This document shows positions 26,637-40,109 of a DNA stretch of 64,000 bases, piece after piece. How positions within the stretch are numbered: the first letter of the stretch is position 1; each line of letters begins with the position of its first letter. The translations under genes were made by a program, and so were the position numbers. The notes under the pieces were generated by a model. It was not told the origin of the DNA. It did no database searches and saw only the letters and a program-made list of their open reading frames with translations. Source of the stretch: Raillietiella orientalis (lineage: Eukaryota); contig JAYWIR010000034.1 in NCBI GenBank assembly GCA_036172245.1, positions 434,001-498,000 of the forward strand, written 5' to 3'.

Positions 26637-27899
26637 AGAACATCTTCAGCAAAGGCACCAGTGTCTGGAACATTATGAGTGACCTCAAAACTTTTAGAAC
26701 GAATTTATTTCATGAAAAAAGGCAAGAATGTTCCTTGAATTGTTTTGTTTTTTGGACTGAGGCATTTTAGCAGCCTCAACCTATGTTTTAGCATGCTTTA
26801 CTTTTTATTTTTGTTGGCAGAAGGGAACAGAAAGCATTTCATCCAGAAGCGGGTCATTTTGGGGTCAACTTATCGCGACATCTTTAAGGTCGTCTCTTTC
26901 ACTCAAATGACATCCGAAGAAGCATCGAAATGAATGACATTTTGAGATTTCGAGATTCATCTGCATCGAGCGATCACATTCACTGGAATTTAACAACGAC
27001 TTCATTTACGGACGGGGATCACATACCACCTAACCTCCTCGCTGCACCGACACACGAACCGACGAGAGGAATCCTTCTAAGAGTCGATAATGTACGGAAG
27101 ATTGCGCTATTAGAATTCTACTTCGAATTCATCCAACCTTTTTTTCATTTCTGGGATGGGGTGAAAAAAAAAAATCGTCCAGGCGAGGGATCGTTTCCAC
27201 TTTCGTGTTTTGCACATGCTAGGAGAAGGGGATCTATTGGATAGACGGAGCATGAAATCCCGAATTTCTTCTGATGGATTAAACATACTGAAGTCGAAAC
27301 AAAGAAACTCGGAACAAGGAGCTTTTCATTTCAGTGGATTCGAAGCGAATGTAAAATAAATGACACCTTCTCGTACACTTTAGTGTCCTTGAGTAAAGTG
27401 TTGAAATCGAAAAATCCAAAGCAATCGAAAGCGGTGTGAACCGCTAATTTTATTTTTCCGAAATTTCTTGCATAAAAGCTTCCAGCTCTGCAGACAAAAA
27501 AACGAAAGTTCCGTCTAGTTCATCCAGGAAATGGACATTGACACGACTTTTCTTATCCTTACAAGTAAACATGTTTCATCCTGGCTCAGTCCAACAAACT
27601 CTTCTGCTGAAAGAGAGGTACAAAGCGAGGTCCGGAGGAGAGGAAATCAAATTGAGGAACTGCAGCTGAGGGAGCATGTTGTATCAATAAGACCAATGCT
27701 GGAAGACAAAGAATATTGATTCTCAAGAATAGAAAGGGACAAGTCCCTTACAGATAAGGACCAGACTCCAGTGTTATTCCACGGAATTTAGCTTCCTGAG
27801 GAAATTGTAAACGCTGTGAAAGGGAAGCGGTTGCTCATCACTTTTTGCCTGAACGTTCTGAAGCTCCACATGTGAGGAGGATAAAATTTCAGTTAAATG

Positions 27900-28200
27900 G
27901 AGGAGAGATTTTCCAGCATCTTTTACAGCTTCCCTTCCCAGCTCTCCAGCTCGTCCTTATGTTCCAATCAGTAACGTACTGTGACTCTTGAGGAAAGCTA
28001 CCGCGAGAATCACAGCAGCCTCTCTTGGGATTCCTTCATTCTCTCAGTACTTCGTCGTTTGTCAGATATCAAGATTCCGGAGATGCCATGACGGTTGCTC
28101 TTGCGGTTGCGGGCGCCCCGCTGGAGGTGAAGCGGAGACTCCGTTTCGGCTATGCTTCCCTTCTTCTAGTGCCACTTTTCGTAGGGAGAGTCCAACGCAA
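27900..28200 (+). repeat. Dispersed repeat family B, copy 2
   Basis: Same-orientation diverged match to 13604-13880. Confidence 0.7.
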
Positions 28201-28384
28201 GCAGTTCGTCTTGGAGATTTACATCTGGTTTCGGTTCCATTACTATTTCAGGATAGGTTTGGAATCAATTTACGGTACCATCGGTACATGGTCTTACTAA
28301 TTTTGATTGGAATCCCCATCATCCTTCCATGCTTTCCATTCTGTTCATCCTAAGTGTGAAAGACTTTAGATGATGATGTGGTGC

Positions 28385-29008
28385 CCGCGTTGGAGACCGT
28401 GTGGATACAGTCTTCACACGTTGTACGAAGCGTCGCGGGTTCGAATCCCCACGTGGAGGATGGAAGACGGGAAATGGTTGCGTCGTGGGTTTGTCCCCCC
28501 GTAGGATGACGCTGGTTGCCCGATAGGCTACGGGTGCAGCACTAGTTTGACCCTGTCACGCCGGGGCGTTTATTTATAGAATAAACATACACGTCTGTGG
28601 CAGGACGTTTGATCCTGCCACGTTACTTATAACTGCGGCGGAGCCGGCGGTTATCAGCACAGAAGAAGGGGAGACAAACAAAAAGAGAAAAACGAAAGAT
28701 ACGGTCAAAAAAAGGGGGGTGAGGATCGGGAAGGGATCACTGTGCGGGTGCGGCACACCGGTGGAAGCCAGAAAGCCACGGATGCTCCCGTTGACTGGCT
28801 GGGATTGGAAGTTGAACCTCTGGAGTCCTTCCAGGAATCAAGGAGCCGTTCTCTTCCGGTTGTGAAAATGCAGCTGTCCATCGCTCTCCATGGAGCTGTT
28901 TAATACCGCCTTCGGGGGGTCGTCTCACCAGAGTGCAAGAAGCGCGCTTCGAGGAGAGTCCTTCAGAAAAATTTGGAAGCGCCCCTTTTTTAGGGTCTTC
29001 AGAGGAGT
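28385..29008 (+). mobile_element. tRNA-headed SINE-like repeat, family A copy 2 (interrupted by an insertion at 28542-28736)
   Basis: GGGTTCGAATCCCCACGTGGAGGAT near 28437, then the same body blocks as copy 1. Similarity resumes after the insert and runs to about TCTTCAGAGGAG at 29008. Confidence 0.78.
28542..28736 (-). mobile_element. Non-autonomous Helitron-like element (195 bp) nested in a SINE
   Basis: Absent from the two other SINE copies. On the minus strand it reads A|TC...CTAG|T, with an imperfect GC-rich hairpin (plus strand CCCTG-TCACG-CCGGG, 28551-28565) 5 nt from the CTAG. These are the established Helitron terminal hallmarks. Confidence 0.6.
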
Positions 29009-32000
29009 AATAAATACACAAGATATGTTTCGGAGACTCCTTCAGTCTATACAAAATAAAGTATCCCATGTATACTGTCATTTTCATATATTCAGCAGTT
29101 TTTCCAAAGAATTTCACATCTATGATGACTTCAGTGTCGATACCGAATTATGTGAAACTTCGGTTGTGAATTCTTGCTGTGATCTCCAATGGAGGAAGAC
29201 GTTCCAAACTCTGGAAACTATGCGGTCACTGAAGCACTTGTACCTGCCACTTTCTCTGGAAAAACTTCGACGACCATACTGGACTCTCTGATGCTGACGT
29301 GTGTCATGGGATGCTGCCTGGTAGTTGATTTTGAGAACGCAACTCGCAGTAGCAGATCCTGAAGACATGCTGGGTCGATCGAACAATCTGATCCTAGAAT
29401 CAGTTTCTCATAATTCCAGAATGTCAGATGTCACTGCACCTCGCGTCAATGGTATAGCATTGATCGCATCAGTGATCGAATGATTTGACTGGATTTTTGT
29501 CTGGAGAATGATGACTACGGATGTAAAGCACGAAATGCAGCTCCACATGCCACGTTTGGCTGCTTCAATTCGGTAAGGAGTTCCGACCTCAGCTGATGCC
29601 ACAATTTTATCAATAAAATGTAGCTGATCATTTCAAACACGCTGTGTTCGCTAACAGAATCCGCGATTCTTCACAGAGTGCTGACCAAATATGTCACGAG
29701 GGTGTTATTACTCGCTATGAACCTCATCTAAGCGATGCTAAAAAATACTTTAAATGGTTGTGCTTGCTTCCTTGGGTTAGGGCTGCTAACACCCCTCCCA
29801 CCCTCAGGAGCCTTCCCCGGAGGCTAATCTTCTTTTTGAAGTTTCGAAATTGAAACGTTCACTTTCTATATTCCTGACGAAAATCAAACTCTCGGAATTC
29901 CATCATCAGTCGCCAGTTTCATTTGGATGGTACTCAAATCTGTTATGGCATCGTGCTCCATGCACAATTCCTCAGAATTCACTCAGGTTGAAAATCTTCT
30001 CCGTGGTCCCCCCCTTGGCACTTCGGCATGAAAACCAGATGAACCTTTTGAGCACGCCACCATTAATGGTGAAGCCACTGTTTGTCAGCAAGTGAGAAAC
30101 ATGAAATTGAGAGCACTTACGTAATTCGATACTGGGAATCTCACATCACATGTCTCTTAGTTTGCATGCTGCCAGAAAGAAAATTTTCACAGACTCGCAT
30201 TCTTCCCCTACCCTTGCGTTTCTTTGGTTCTCATTTCTTAACTCTTGCTGTCTCATAGGGTAGGCGTTCTGGGATGGAAATCCCTCGAACAGAAACAAAT
30301 TGTTCTAGGTTCATCATTATTCTTTTCATGGATAAAATAAATTGCATCTTTTCCTTCATTTGTCTCTGCATCCTGAACTTGTCAGTCCATGTGTTTTACC
30401 ACCAGTGGTCAATCACAGGCTACCTAAAGCAAGCGAGTGAGATGTTTCAAAGTGTTGCAGTAGACTCCTTTCGTTTTCTCTAAAGAATGTTCCAGAGATC
30501 ACAAAGGTGTGTTCTGGGTTATGGGAGGCCAATTTATGTTTTTTTTCCACAGAGCTTACATTCATCTTTGTACTCGGATCCACCACGAATCCGCCAACAT
30601 TAACTGTCTCCTACGCTTTGTTCATTTTTCTAAAAGTCCCCCAAATAATTTAACCCCTAAAAAAGGGAAACCAAGCCCGAATTCGACTTGTGGAATTTCC
30701 GATTTTGGAGTAGAAAAAGGACTCTTTCAGGAGTTTCAGTGTTTCTAAGCTGTGTAAGTGACCGTTGTTGTTTGAAAGCATTCGGTAATTTTTTGAAGCA
30801 CTCTTGTTTAACTAAAAATGGCTGAATGCTTCCAGCAAACTCGCCTGGTACAGATGCTTTTTTCATGCTCTCATTATCTTAGCTCTTGATTTCGGAAGCT
30901 GCTCACTGAAGAGGTGTCCTCAAGAACTCATTTTCGCAGTTTCGAAGATGAAGGAAGACTCGTTGGGAAACAAGGGGGAAAAAAGTACACCTTAACTAAG
31001 TTACGAAAGACCCAAAGTCATTTTAGGGCAGATTTACTTATCTCATTTAAAGCATCTCATTGCTACTTTTTTTATGTACGCATGAAGCGCGGTTTTTAAG
31101 CACGTAGGGAGATGCAATCAGGATGACGGGAATCAAATGAAACCGGATTGCCGTACCTCCCTGTGTCCTCCTCGCTGCGCACCGAGTCCAATTTCTTACA
31201 GAACTGTAGTCTGGGAATCCATTTCCACCCAACGGTTTCACCGACAAAGTAACTACATGCAATGACACTTCATCGAGTGCTACAGCGTGTGTTTCTGGAG
31301 ATAAGTGCTGAACGAGCTCTGAAGCTGTTTGATTTTTTTCTGGCTGCTCGTTCTAAGCTGGCTGAAGAGAAATCTTGAAAGAGCCAAGGCTGTGCTCAGC
31401 ACATAATCTCTTGATCTGTATCTTAAACGCCGCAATCGCGTTTCGTATTCCAATATGCCTCACGTATCCGCTCACTAAATCATCGAGAATGTCCGAGTTT
31501 TTGTGTTTCCCGGGAAGGTTCCCTTCAGCTCCACTCGCATAAGAGCTGCGCTGAAAATCACAACAGATGAGCTGCTAATGAGCACCCAGACGCAGCAACT
31601 TCAAAGGTCGTCGAAGAAACAACAAGAGGAGAACATCTGATCACACGTAAAATAGGGAGAAAGGCTGCTTTTTTTGGATGCGTTTTGTAATCATTTCCTT
31701 GTTTCCAAAGGAAACAAAGAATCCCCCGATTCTGAAGTTGAAGTAGAATGCTTGGTGGGGAACAAATGGCCCCTTTCGCTTTCTGCAAGGAACCCTGAGA
31801 CCAGAAGCAAGTCGATATCTGTTTGCTTGCGCTGCGAGGAGACCACTATAAAAAGATCTCAAGCTGAACTTTAATGCTTTTTCAACTTTTCAGATCTCTT
31901 TCTCTCATCTCAGATTTGATTGTTTTTTTTGGTCTTTTTCGCTTTCGAGCAGAACTGGTCCTAAAGAAAAGCCTCATTCCAACGGATTGGAACGAGTCCC

Positions 32001-32759
32001 GAGCGTCTCGTGATCATGATCCCAGGCGCCTCGAATCTGAGCCCACAACTGCAGGCAGAGAGCTCAGGACTCAGAAACTTCTCTCTCGTCTGGAGAAGAG
32101 CCTAAAAATGTGTCACTGACTCGATCATCCGAGGAGACGCGCACGGAAGCCACGAGGAGTATGTGGGCATACGAATTGATGTAACGCGCGAGCAGGTGTT
32201 GGAACTTTACACCTGCAAATGAAGAGAAATGGAAGAAAAGTGAATCATCGGCAGTCTGATCTCCTGATGTATGCGTTTTCTCTTTGTCCTTGTTTGCGAC
32301 CCGCATGATTTCTTTATCGCGCTGTCCTCTTGCAATCCTCGATTATTTATTCGCTTGCCTATTATATTCCTTCGTCTGTCTGTTCCCCACATTCAGAGCC
32401 GAAAGGGAAATATGGAGGCATCTCCGAAATGGGAAACCAAAGGTCAACAACTTGAAAGGCCATAACTGGAATTGTGTGTGGAAATCCCGAGCACAGTATC
32501 ACCAAATTTCAGAGACTGTTACATTTGCTGCATAATCTGCTCTTATCGAAACCAGCATGCTTCTTCCAGAAGGGGAATGACTGGGTCTCTCCCACACCTC
32601 GAACTGAAATTCGCTTTCTCTTATTACTTAATGCATCTTTCTCCGAAAATTCCGAAAGATATCAGGAACCGATACTGGAGAAATTCCGGACCTCTCTTTT
32701 TGTGGTACATCGTTTTCTTCTGGAGGCTCACTTCTCATTCAAACCTCAATTTCCTCAGG

Positions 32760-33150
32760 GGATAAGAACATTGAGAACGACGGTGGATGCCTGAGTGAAC
32801 GGGACATGCTACACTGACCTTTCCTGAGAGCATCATGAGTTCGCATGCAACAGCACTGTCCACTCAAGGCATGCAGCTAGCAATGGAAGCATGGAAAAAT
32901 TCCACTCCTCTTCAACGCATTCGCCAGTGTGCTATGATTTTCTGTGTCGAAGGGAGTTTGCTTTCCCTTCGACACAGAAAACGCGATGCCCTTTTCCAAG
33001 TCCTCCGAGATCAAGTTAAGGAGTTCTATTCCCTCCTCCCCAATTCGAATAAATACATCCCCTTGGATCTTCGTCTCTAAGACCAAACTTTCAAATTTCT
33101 GGTGCAGATTCATTTCCTCTTGTGTACACCATGATAATCGATGCATCACT
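32760..33150 (-). mobile_element. Decayed non-LTR retrotransposon (LINE) reverse transcriptase fragment
   Basis: Frameshifted peptides DASIIMVYTRGNE and PFDTENHSTLANALKRSGI resemble, in the right order, the LINE RT motifs A-x-I-x-x-I-x-KKGD and KAFDxVxHxxLxxxLxxxGI. Confidence 0.35.
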
Positions 33151-36100
33151 CACTTCAGCCCCGGTGTCATCCGACACTGTGAGGAGTAAACCTGAAAAAT
33201 GGAAAAGCGATGGGAGAGGTCACCATTGCTTTTATCGAGGAACTGTCGCCAAGAACGGAAAATCGGTCCCAGATCGCAGAAGCAAGTTGCAAACAGCAAA
33301 CACCAGCTGAACCTTGTGTATGGTGTTCTTAAAGCACCAGAACGACATTTGCCGACGCGAGTCCCTTTCACAAGAGGAGAGATAAGAAAGAAAGACTCTT
33401 GCATTTTTGAGCGGACTGGCTGTCGAAATTGTCTGCGCGGCTTGACAAGTTTCAACATTACCAGATAGAATTATTTGCGATGGAACAACCCACCATCTAT
33501 GGATCAAGCTGTCATCAGCAAAAACACATGCACACAAACACATGCGTGTGGATATGCGTTCCCACTCAGTGCTACTGCAGCGACATACGGTTGTTGCGTC
33601 TCTATTCATACATTTGGAAATCTTGTGTGAATGAATAAGTTAGTTTACACGCATGCAAGAAAGCAATACCTATCTAGCTAATGTTGATGAATATACGCAG
33701 TGAAGTGATGTGCACCTAATTTCATTATTATCAAATAATATTCGGTAAGATAAATGCTGCTTGAGAAAGAGGACAGCAAGCACCCCATCATATGCCGGTG
33801 TAGTTAACAGAGATCGTTGTCTTGAGCTCATCCGTCATGAGTGAAGAATGCCCATTCAAATGTGCAGTTTTCTTTTTAGGATACGGAAACGTTCATATAT
33901 CAAGGGTCAACGAAACAAAAAGAGCTAACTCCTGTTTCCTTTTGGGCATCAGGAACCAAAGCTAGGATATTTCTACGTTCTTCTTTATGATCAATTTTTA
34001 TTGAACGTAGTGAATATGGGTAGTGGCTTCAGAAAAACTCCTTGCTAACAGAAATTATACGAGAAACTTCAAGCACACTTTTTTCGTGTCTGCATGTGAC
34101 CCTCATGCAGAGCTTTCAGACTTGCACTCCAGGCTTTTGTTCCCTTTCTAAAGAAGTTCGAGTCAGCTTCGAGTAGTAAAGACCCCAACCAGAATAATCT
34201 TGAAACTCGACTGGAAAAAAAAAAAAAATCCTTTAGTTTTCAAGAGCATTGAAGGTGGTGAGTGCTAACACGAAATTTTTTTTCTCACAGCTTGGTTTTG
34301 AAACAAAATTCAGTGTATCAAGAAACCAACACGTACAGGAACCGTACCAAAAAGGCGGCGGCGACTGTCAGGGACAAGCGGAGAATTTTCACTTCCCCTT
34401 TCTCTACAGCGAATGCTCGAATTCGGTAAATGGCATTCGATCCGATTTGTTGAGATCGCGATGGAGGAGAATGCCATCGGCGTTGCAGCCAAATCCGGGA
34501 ACGAGCTGACTATCGAAATTGATGGAAGAGAAACTTTTCCCACGCCAGCTGCTCAGAAAGGACCGTGGAATTCGTTCACCCAACCAACTATGGAAAAGTA
34601 AGTTTTATAACTTCGAGTTACAGAGATGCTTCGAATTGAACATGCTTTTCGCAGATGCCTAATCTGTCATGTGGTGGGTTCGCCTCTGTGTGATGGCACG
34701 AATGCCTAAATGGTGCGTACGAACTGCACGCAGAGTTTGGCTGTTTTTGTGAGTACGTGAAGGTAAGTGGAAGGCTTCAACACTCGTCAATGAACACCGA
34801 ATAGGGTGCGCGTACACTACCACTGGGAATTTCTGGAAATGCTTCCAGAACTGCGGCAGCAAATTTGGCTATGAGGACCGTGTTTAGAGAAAGAGTGGGG
34901 AAGGAATGCAAGACGTTTTGCGGTTTTTAGTTCCAGGGAGACCAAAACACGAAAACTGCTCGTCTTAATGATACGCCTTACTGAAGCTTCAGGATTTCCT
35001 ACCTCAAAATGGAACAGTATTAGATTTTCATCATGGATAAATCTTCTGAGGCTGCAAATACGCACCTAACTACTCAAAATTTCTCGATTCAAAAAAGAAA
35101 GATAAAAGATTTTAATTTGGTTGTTCTTCTTCCGTGTTTGTGTGTTGCTGGGCTGCGCAACAAGTTTTGTCAAGTGGTTACCTGATCCATGCATCACTGA
35201 GGATACATCACAGCTTGTCTCAAATTGCCTGTGCGAACATCACTGAGACGGACACTGCATTGGAGAGAAAACCCCAAGCGAAAACAAGCAATCGCAAGAG
35301 CGAAAGAGCACTAAAGATTTTTCGGGGCTGCTCATTTGTTTGCTGATCCTGTAACAGGACATTGCATTTCATTCGCTGGGCAGGACTATTTCTTCGAAGT
35401 CGGAGAAGTTTCCACACCAACTCACAGATCCTCTCAGAGAGCTGACGACATTGAAAACCCTCCATAGCAGAGAGGATCCTTCAAAAGAAAGATTGGAGGA
35501 TGCACTTTTGCTAGTCTCGTCTATGTAGAAGGCGAAACTCTCCCTTGCTTGGTTCATTAAACTCTCAAGGCAGGGGGGTTACTGCTGTCCCTCTGCCTAA
35601 GTCAGGAGGTCATGTTACTCACTGATGGTACTGACACCCAACATTTCTGGCAGGATTTTCATAAACGGATGCTTTAAAGATGCTCGTCATTGTGTAACAT
35701 TTTTCTTTTTGATAGACGAAAACTTCATTCAAGGAAAGACGTGTGGCACCAACAAGGTGTTTCCAGAACGACCTTTATGACTTTCATGATGTGCTCCCTT
35801 TTCGGTTTTTGTTCTTCTTGTTACCATTGGAGTTACAGAATTTGGCTCGTCATATTCGTGAATCTCCCATCCATCTCGTTCATTACTCTTCTTAGTTCCG
35901 AAGAGCTCAAAAGCCATTGAGGACAAAAGTAGGGAGTTAAAATTCTCTGACCACTTGAAAAAAGCAAAAAAAAACCAAAGTGGTTTCTGCATTCAGATTA
36001 CGGAGATTTAGAAGAGAAGACTGAGTAGTGAGCGATAATCCTAATCCAAGATCATCATCAATTTCGAAAGAACTGCGGATCATTGTTTCCTGACAGCGAG

Positions 36101-38559
36101 GAGGATTTCTACTCGCACCCCGTTGACGACGAATTCCTCGGTCTTTGTGAAGGAAAACTGCAAAAGAATGGAAAAAGAAAAGTTAAGATATTTCAAGGGA
36201 TTCAACGCCCAAGCGGAATAAGGAGAGGTTGGGTTGAGGCCTCAATCACAGCCAGCATTTCTGTCATCTCGATGCCATCTCATCATATTTATGGCAGATG
36301 GACCAGTGGGCAAATGAGAGGCTGATTGAAGGGTGCTTAGTGCCATGGTGATTCTTATTTGGAACAGCAACCATGGTTTCATTCCAGGCTCAGCAGAGGC
36401 TGCCAAGAGAGTTTCGTGAGGGTGTGAACGTCGTACGCAGAGGACGGATCTTTGTGAACTCCACGAGAACTTTGCTAAACAACAAACTTCCTACAGATTA
36501 GGCTGTCCTGGGACGAGCAACAAGGAGATGGAAAGTGAGGTGGAGGAAGGGAGAGCTGGATCTGCAGACAGTAAGGTTGACTAGAGGAATGCTTAAGCGT
36601 CTTCACCGACGGGAAATCCGTTCCCTTTGATCAGGGTTTCGTTTTGTTCGGAAGGTTGAGGATGCGCTCGGACGCGTGACCTCAGATTCTCCTTATGGCC
36701 CTTATAGCTGTCCCTTGCTTGATTTTTTCATTACCTTGCTTCTCCTGAGCAGCTCTTTAGGTCTGAAAGAAGAATCCGGAAGCTCCGACTGAAATCTGTT
36801 CGGTAAGTAGGAAAAGCTGAGGATGAGAGGATCTGGAGAGGTACATGCACCCAGCAGGAAGATCCGAATGGCTAAAATGGACAGCGACTGCCGGAATCGA
36901 TGTGCTTGCTGAGAGAATTCATGTGAATACATCGCCGAATGCTGGCTATGGTACGGTGCATCATACGCCAGATGCTTAAAAGGCTTGAGGAGCGGTCTCC
37001 TGCTGTCTGAACATCCCGTGAACTTTCCTGGTCACGGAATCAGAACAGTAGGAGAGACTTACGCCCTCGTGGACCCGATATCACTCCAAAAAAGAGTGCA
37101 GAGCTTAGAGGATCCTCCACGCTCAAAGGTGCGTCACGAGGACAGAGGATGGTGGATGCTAGTGGCTCACAGTGCGTTCGCTTCTTCGCCGGCTTCTGAT
37201 AGTTGAAGGAAACAGTGTATTGCTAATCCGATGAGAGAGCATTCACTTCCCGGTCCTCATCAAGTACTGCAGGAGATTGAACTGGAGAGGGAAGAAGCAC
37301 GGGAAAGAGGGAGGAGGCGTGCTCCTTGGTCACTGATCGGTGTGCACCCATCCTGGGCTTACCGAGCCATGCACTGGCATGCAATTCTGCAGGCTTCAGA
37401 CTCAAACGGAATCCCAGCTGGAGCCGACTCAAACTCGTCCCAGCTCAAAGTCTTTGTTTCCAGGCGGGACATTCGTTCTCGTATCAATGCTCGATATCTT
37501 CCTCCCTCTCCCCCTTCCTCCCTCTTTCCCTCTTCTCTCTGTTTGATGCCTCTTTAGCGTTCCAGTGCCGCTGCTAGAAGATGAAGGAGCTGTCGTGATG
37601 GAAACAAAACCTCGCGCAACCCTTCCTTTTCATCTGGAAGAGGTGGAGTGGAGGGAACAGGGTCCTGTATCTCTGAACTGCCGTCTCACCCGACCTGCGA
37701 CATTCGAGACGGAATCTCACATGCGCCTCCTGCCCTCCTTCCCGCTCGATCATCCCACTTCCGAGTTTGGGTAGACCGAAGGCATGGAGTCAGCTGCTGA
37801 TGCCGCGATCAGTGCTGCCTCATGTGAGAAGCTCAGCACGGTTCCGCTCGAACATCGGCCGCGAGAGGCTCCCGAGCTTGTGAAGCTCATCCAAGCAAAC
37901 GCACTGGACCACGAAGAGAAGGGGAGGGGGGAGGGGGTACGACTGATATCTCAGCAGCGAGCGGTCTTTTTTCGCCTCGACAGGCTGCTTGGCAACCTCT
38001 GAGGACTGGCATAGTGGCGGAGGGAGGGATCGAAGGGAAGTGGCTGCTGTGGGAGCTCAATCGCAACAGGCAGCAGATCCTGCAAAAAGCAGGAGGTGGG
38101 CGAACCCAGATTTGCCTCGGCCCACCCTTCCGGAGAAGGGAAGGGGAAGAGGGAAGGGGGGAGATGGGGCGAAAGTCTCCCTTTTCGACTCCGGAGAGGG
38201 TCAGGGAAGACGTTCTCAAGAAACGAGGAACCGGCTGATCGTAATCCGAAGACCTCTTTGCAAATCGTTCCCCGATGTTGCAGATCACGTGATAAGCCCG
38301 AGACCGCTGCTTGCGGGAAACTGTTCCGCGACTCGCGCGCGCTCTCTTCGTGGCGAAACGGAAGCGGCCGCTCTTGAAGAGCACAGAAAAGCGCAGCTGT
38401 CCCGCGACCTCATCAAGATCCCCCGTTTCTCCCACCCTTTTCAGCGGACTTATCCCCGATCCTCCACGCTCACGCGCTCACTGTGCCCACCTTCCCCTCA
38501 TCCCGCTCGCTCCCTCCACACCTCTCCCTTTCCCTGCCCGCAGGAGTGCGTGGTTCTTC

Positions 38560-38910
38560 TCGGTCCCACCTCTCCCGGAGGCGGGCGGGCGAACGAGCGC
38601 GCGCTCGCGAGAGGAAGCGTGCGGGAGATCGTGAGAGGGAGCACTCGGGAGAGGACAGATTGCCATCTGGCCGTCATCGCAGCCGCCGCCGGAGCCGAGC
38701 GCTCGCGCACTCGGCGGGCCGAGGCACACGCGCACCGTCGCCGCTCGTGCGAGACTCCGTCCAGATCTCCACTGCAGATAATAGCGGGTCGCAGGACAAA
38801 GACGTCAGCCAAGCCAGCGTGTGCTCCGAACAACTTTTCTTGGTCGCTCGTTGATTGGACGGCTTTTGTTTCGCCCGTGACACTTGGATGCGGCATGACG
38901 TGAGGTCAGC
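38560..38910. promoter_or_regulatory. Candidate CpG-rich promoter/enhancer
   Basis: Very CpG-dense stretch with the palindrome CGAGCGCGCGCTCG (38595-38608), GATA (AGATAA), GACGTCA, a minus-strand CCAATCA (38852-38858) and CATGACGTGA (38894-38903). No associated coding exon identified. Confidence 0.35.
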
Positions 38911-40091
38911 ATGTGGTTTTCGGAAATTCGATGACCATAATTGCGATCTCCTCTTGCCCCCCTCCTTGCTCGCTCCCTCCTCCACCTCCCCCCCCCCCTT
39001 CCCCACCCGCGGTGTTCCATCGTAAAGGAGAGAGCCTGACAAAAAAAATAAAAGAAGTAGGTTTCCTGGCAACAGTCTCGCGGCCACCGTCGGAGAATAC
39101 CAAGGGATCTGCGCAGCTTTCGACGCGCGTAGCAAGAACTGCTCCTCGATCCTCTGCATCAAGGAAGAAAGAGCGGATACATTCCCGGGAAGATCTGGGC
39201 GAGGATTCTCCTTGGACTTGCTGGGAGTGAGAGAAGGTTCGAGGAAGACAAACGTCCCAAATGTCCCCCAGATTCTCAGGATTGTCATCCTCCCTGAAGG
39301 AGTCTTTATTTTGAGACGGGCATTTCTCTCTGCCTCTATGGGCAAGCGTAGGGGAAAAAGGCATCCTCTCTTTCCCGAACACGAGAAGGGAATCACTTTC
39401 TTCCTTCATTCTCTGCCTCGAGACAGAACTTTTCAAAAAGGGAGGAGGGGCGAAGAAGACATTCCCTGGGAGCTCTCCCGCATTTGCTGCGTGAGGTTCT
39501 GTAAAGTTATGGTGGCGAGGGAGGAGAAGAGGGGATCAGAGGAAAAGTGAAGCGCCATGGAGCTTTCCTGTAGGTCACTTTGAGAAAGTCTCGAAGCCGC
39601 CGTCTCTGTTTCCCTTGTTTCCAGCATCTCCGAGATGGCAGGGTTCCAGTGAGGACTCTCAAGAAAAAAGCTGACTTCCTGGACTATTCTGAAGACCTCT
39701 ACAGAATAGCCAAGGTCCCTTAAAGGAGTGTCAGCGGTCATCATGGAAGGCGACTCTGTTTTCGTTTTCTTCCTCGGGGAAGGTACGGCCGAAGAGATCT
39801 CGCCGCTCCCTGCTGCGGAGGGGGGGGGGGCTCCTCCATAGGGAAGAGTTCTCACGGACTGCTGCAGGAGCAGGACGCACGACAGTGGGAAGGCCGCCGC
39901 CTCCCTGTGGAGTCCATCCGAAGGGAGCCCCACAAAGCGGGTTCACACACGCGCATGCAGGCGGCGATGCATCACAGGATGGAGGCGAATCAGGGAAAGG
40001 TCCCAAAAAACAAAAAGGATAGAGAGAGAAAAACAAGGAGGGAAGGGGGCAGGAGAAGCCATACACCTCATAAGCCTCTTCTGGCTCCAGA

Positions 40092-40109
40092 CTGCTGCTG
40101 CTGCTGCTG
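40092..40109. repeat. (CTG)6 trinucleotide repeat
   Basis: Read directly. Confidence 0.8.

Noticed and set aside
28385..28455. Possible tRNA gene (GGTTCGAATCCC)
   Set aside because: No complete cloverleaf or acceptor stem could be built; it is the head of a dispersed repeat.
34289..34770. Plus-strand exon-like segments with GTAAGT donors (MEENAIGVAAKSG...)
   Set aside because: Could not be joined into a consistent, recognisable reading frame.
37989..39396. ORFs of 304 aa (plus) and 240 aa (minus)
   Set aside because: Same GC-rich artefact; no recognisable motifs or splice-supported structure.
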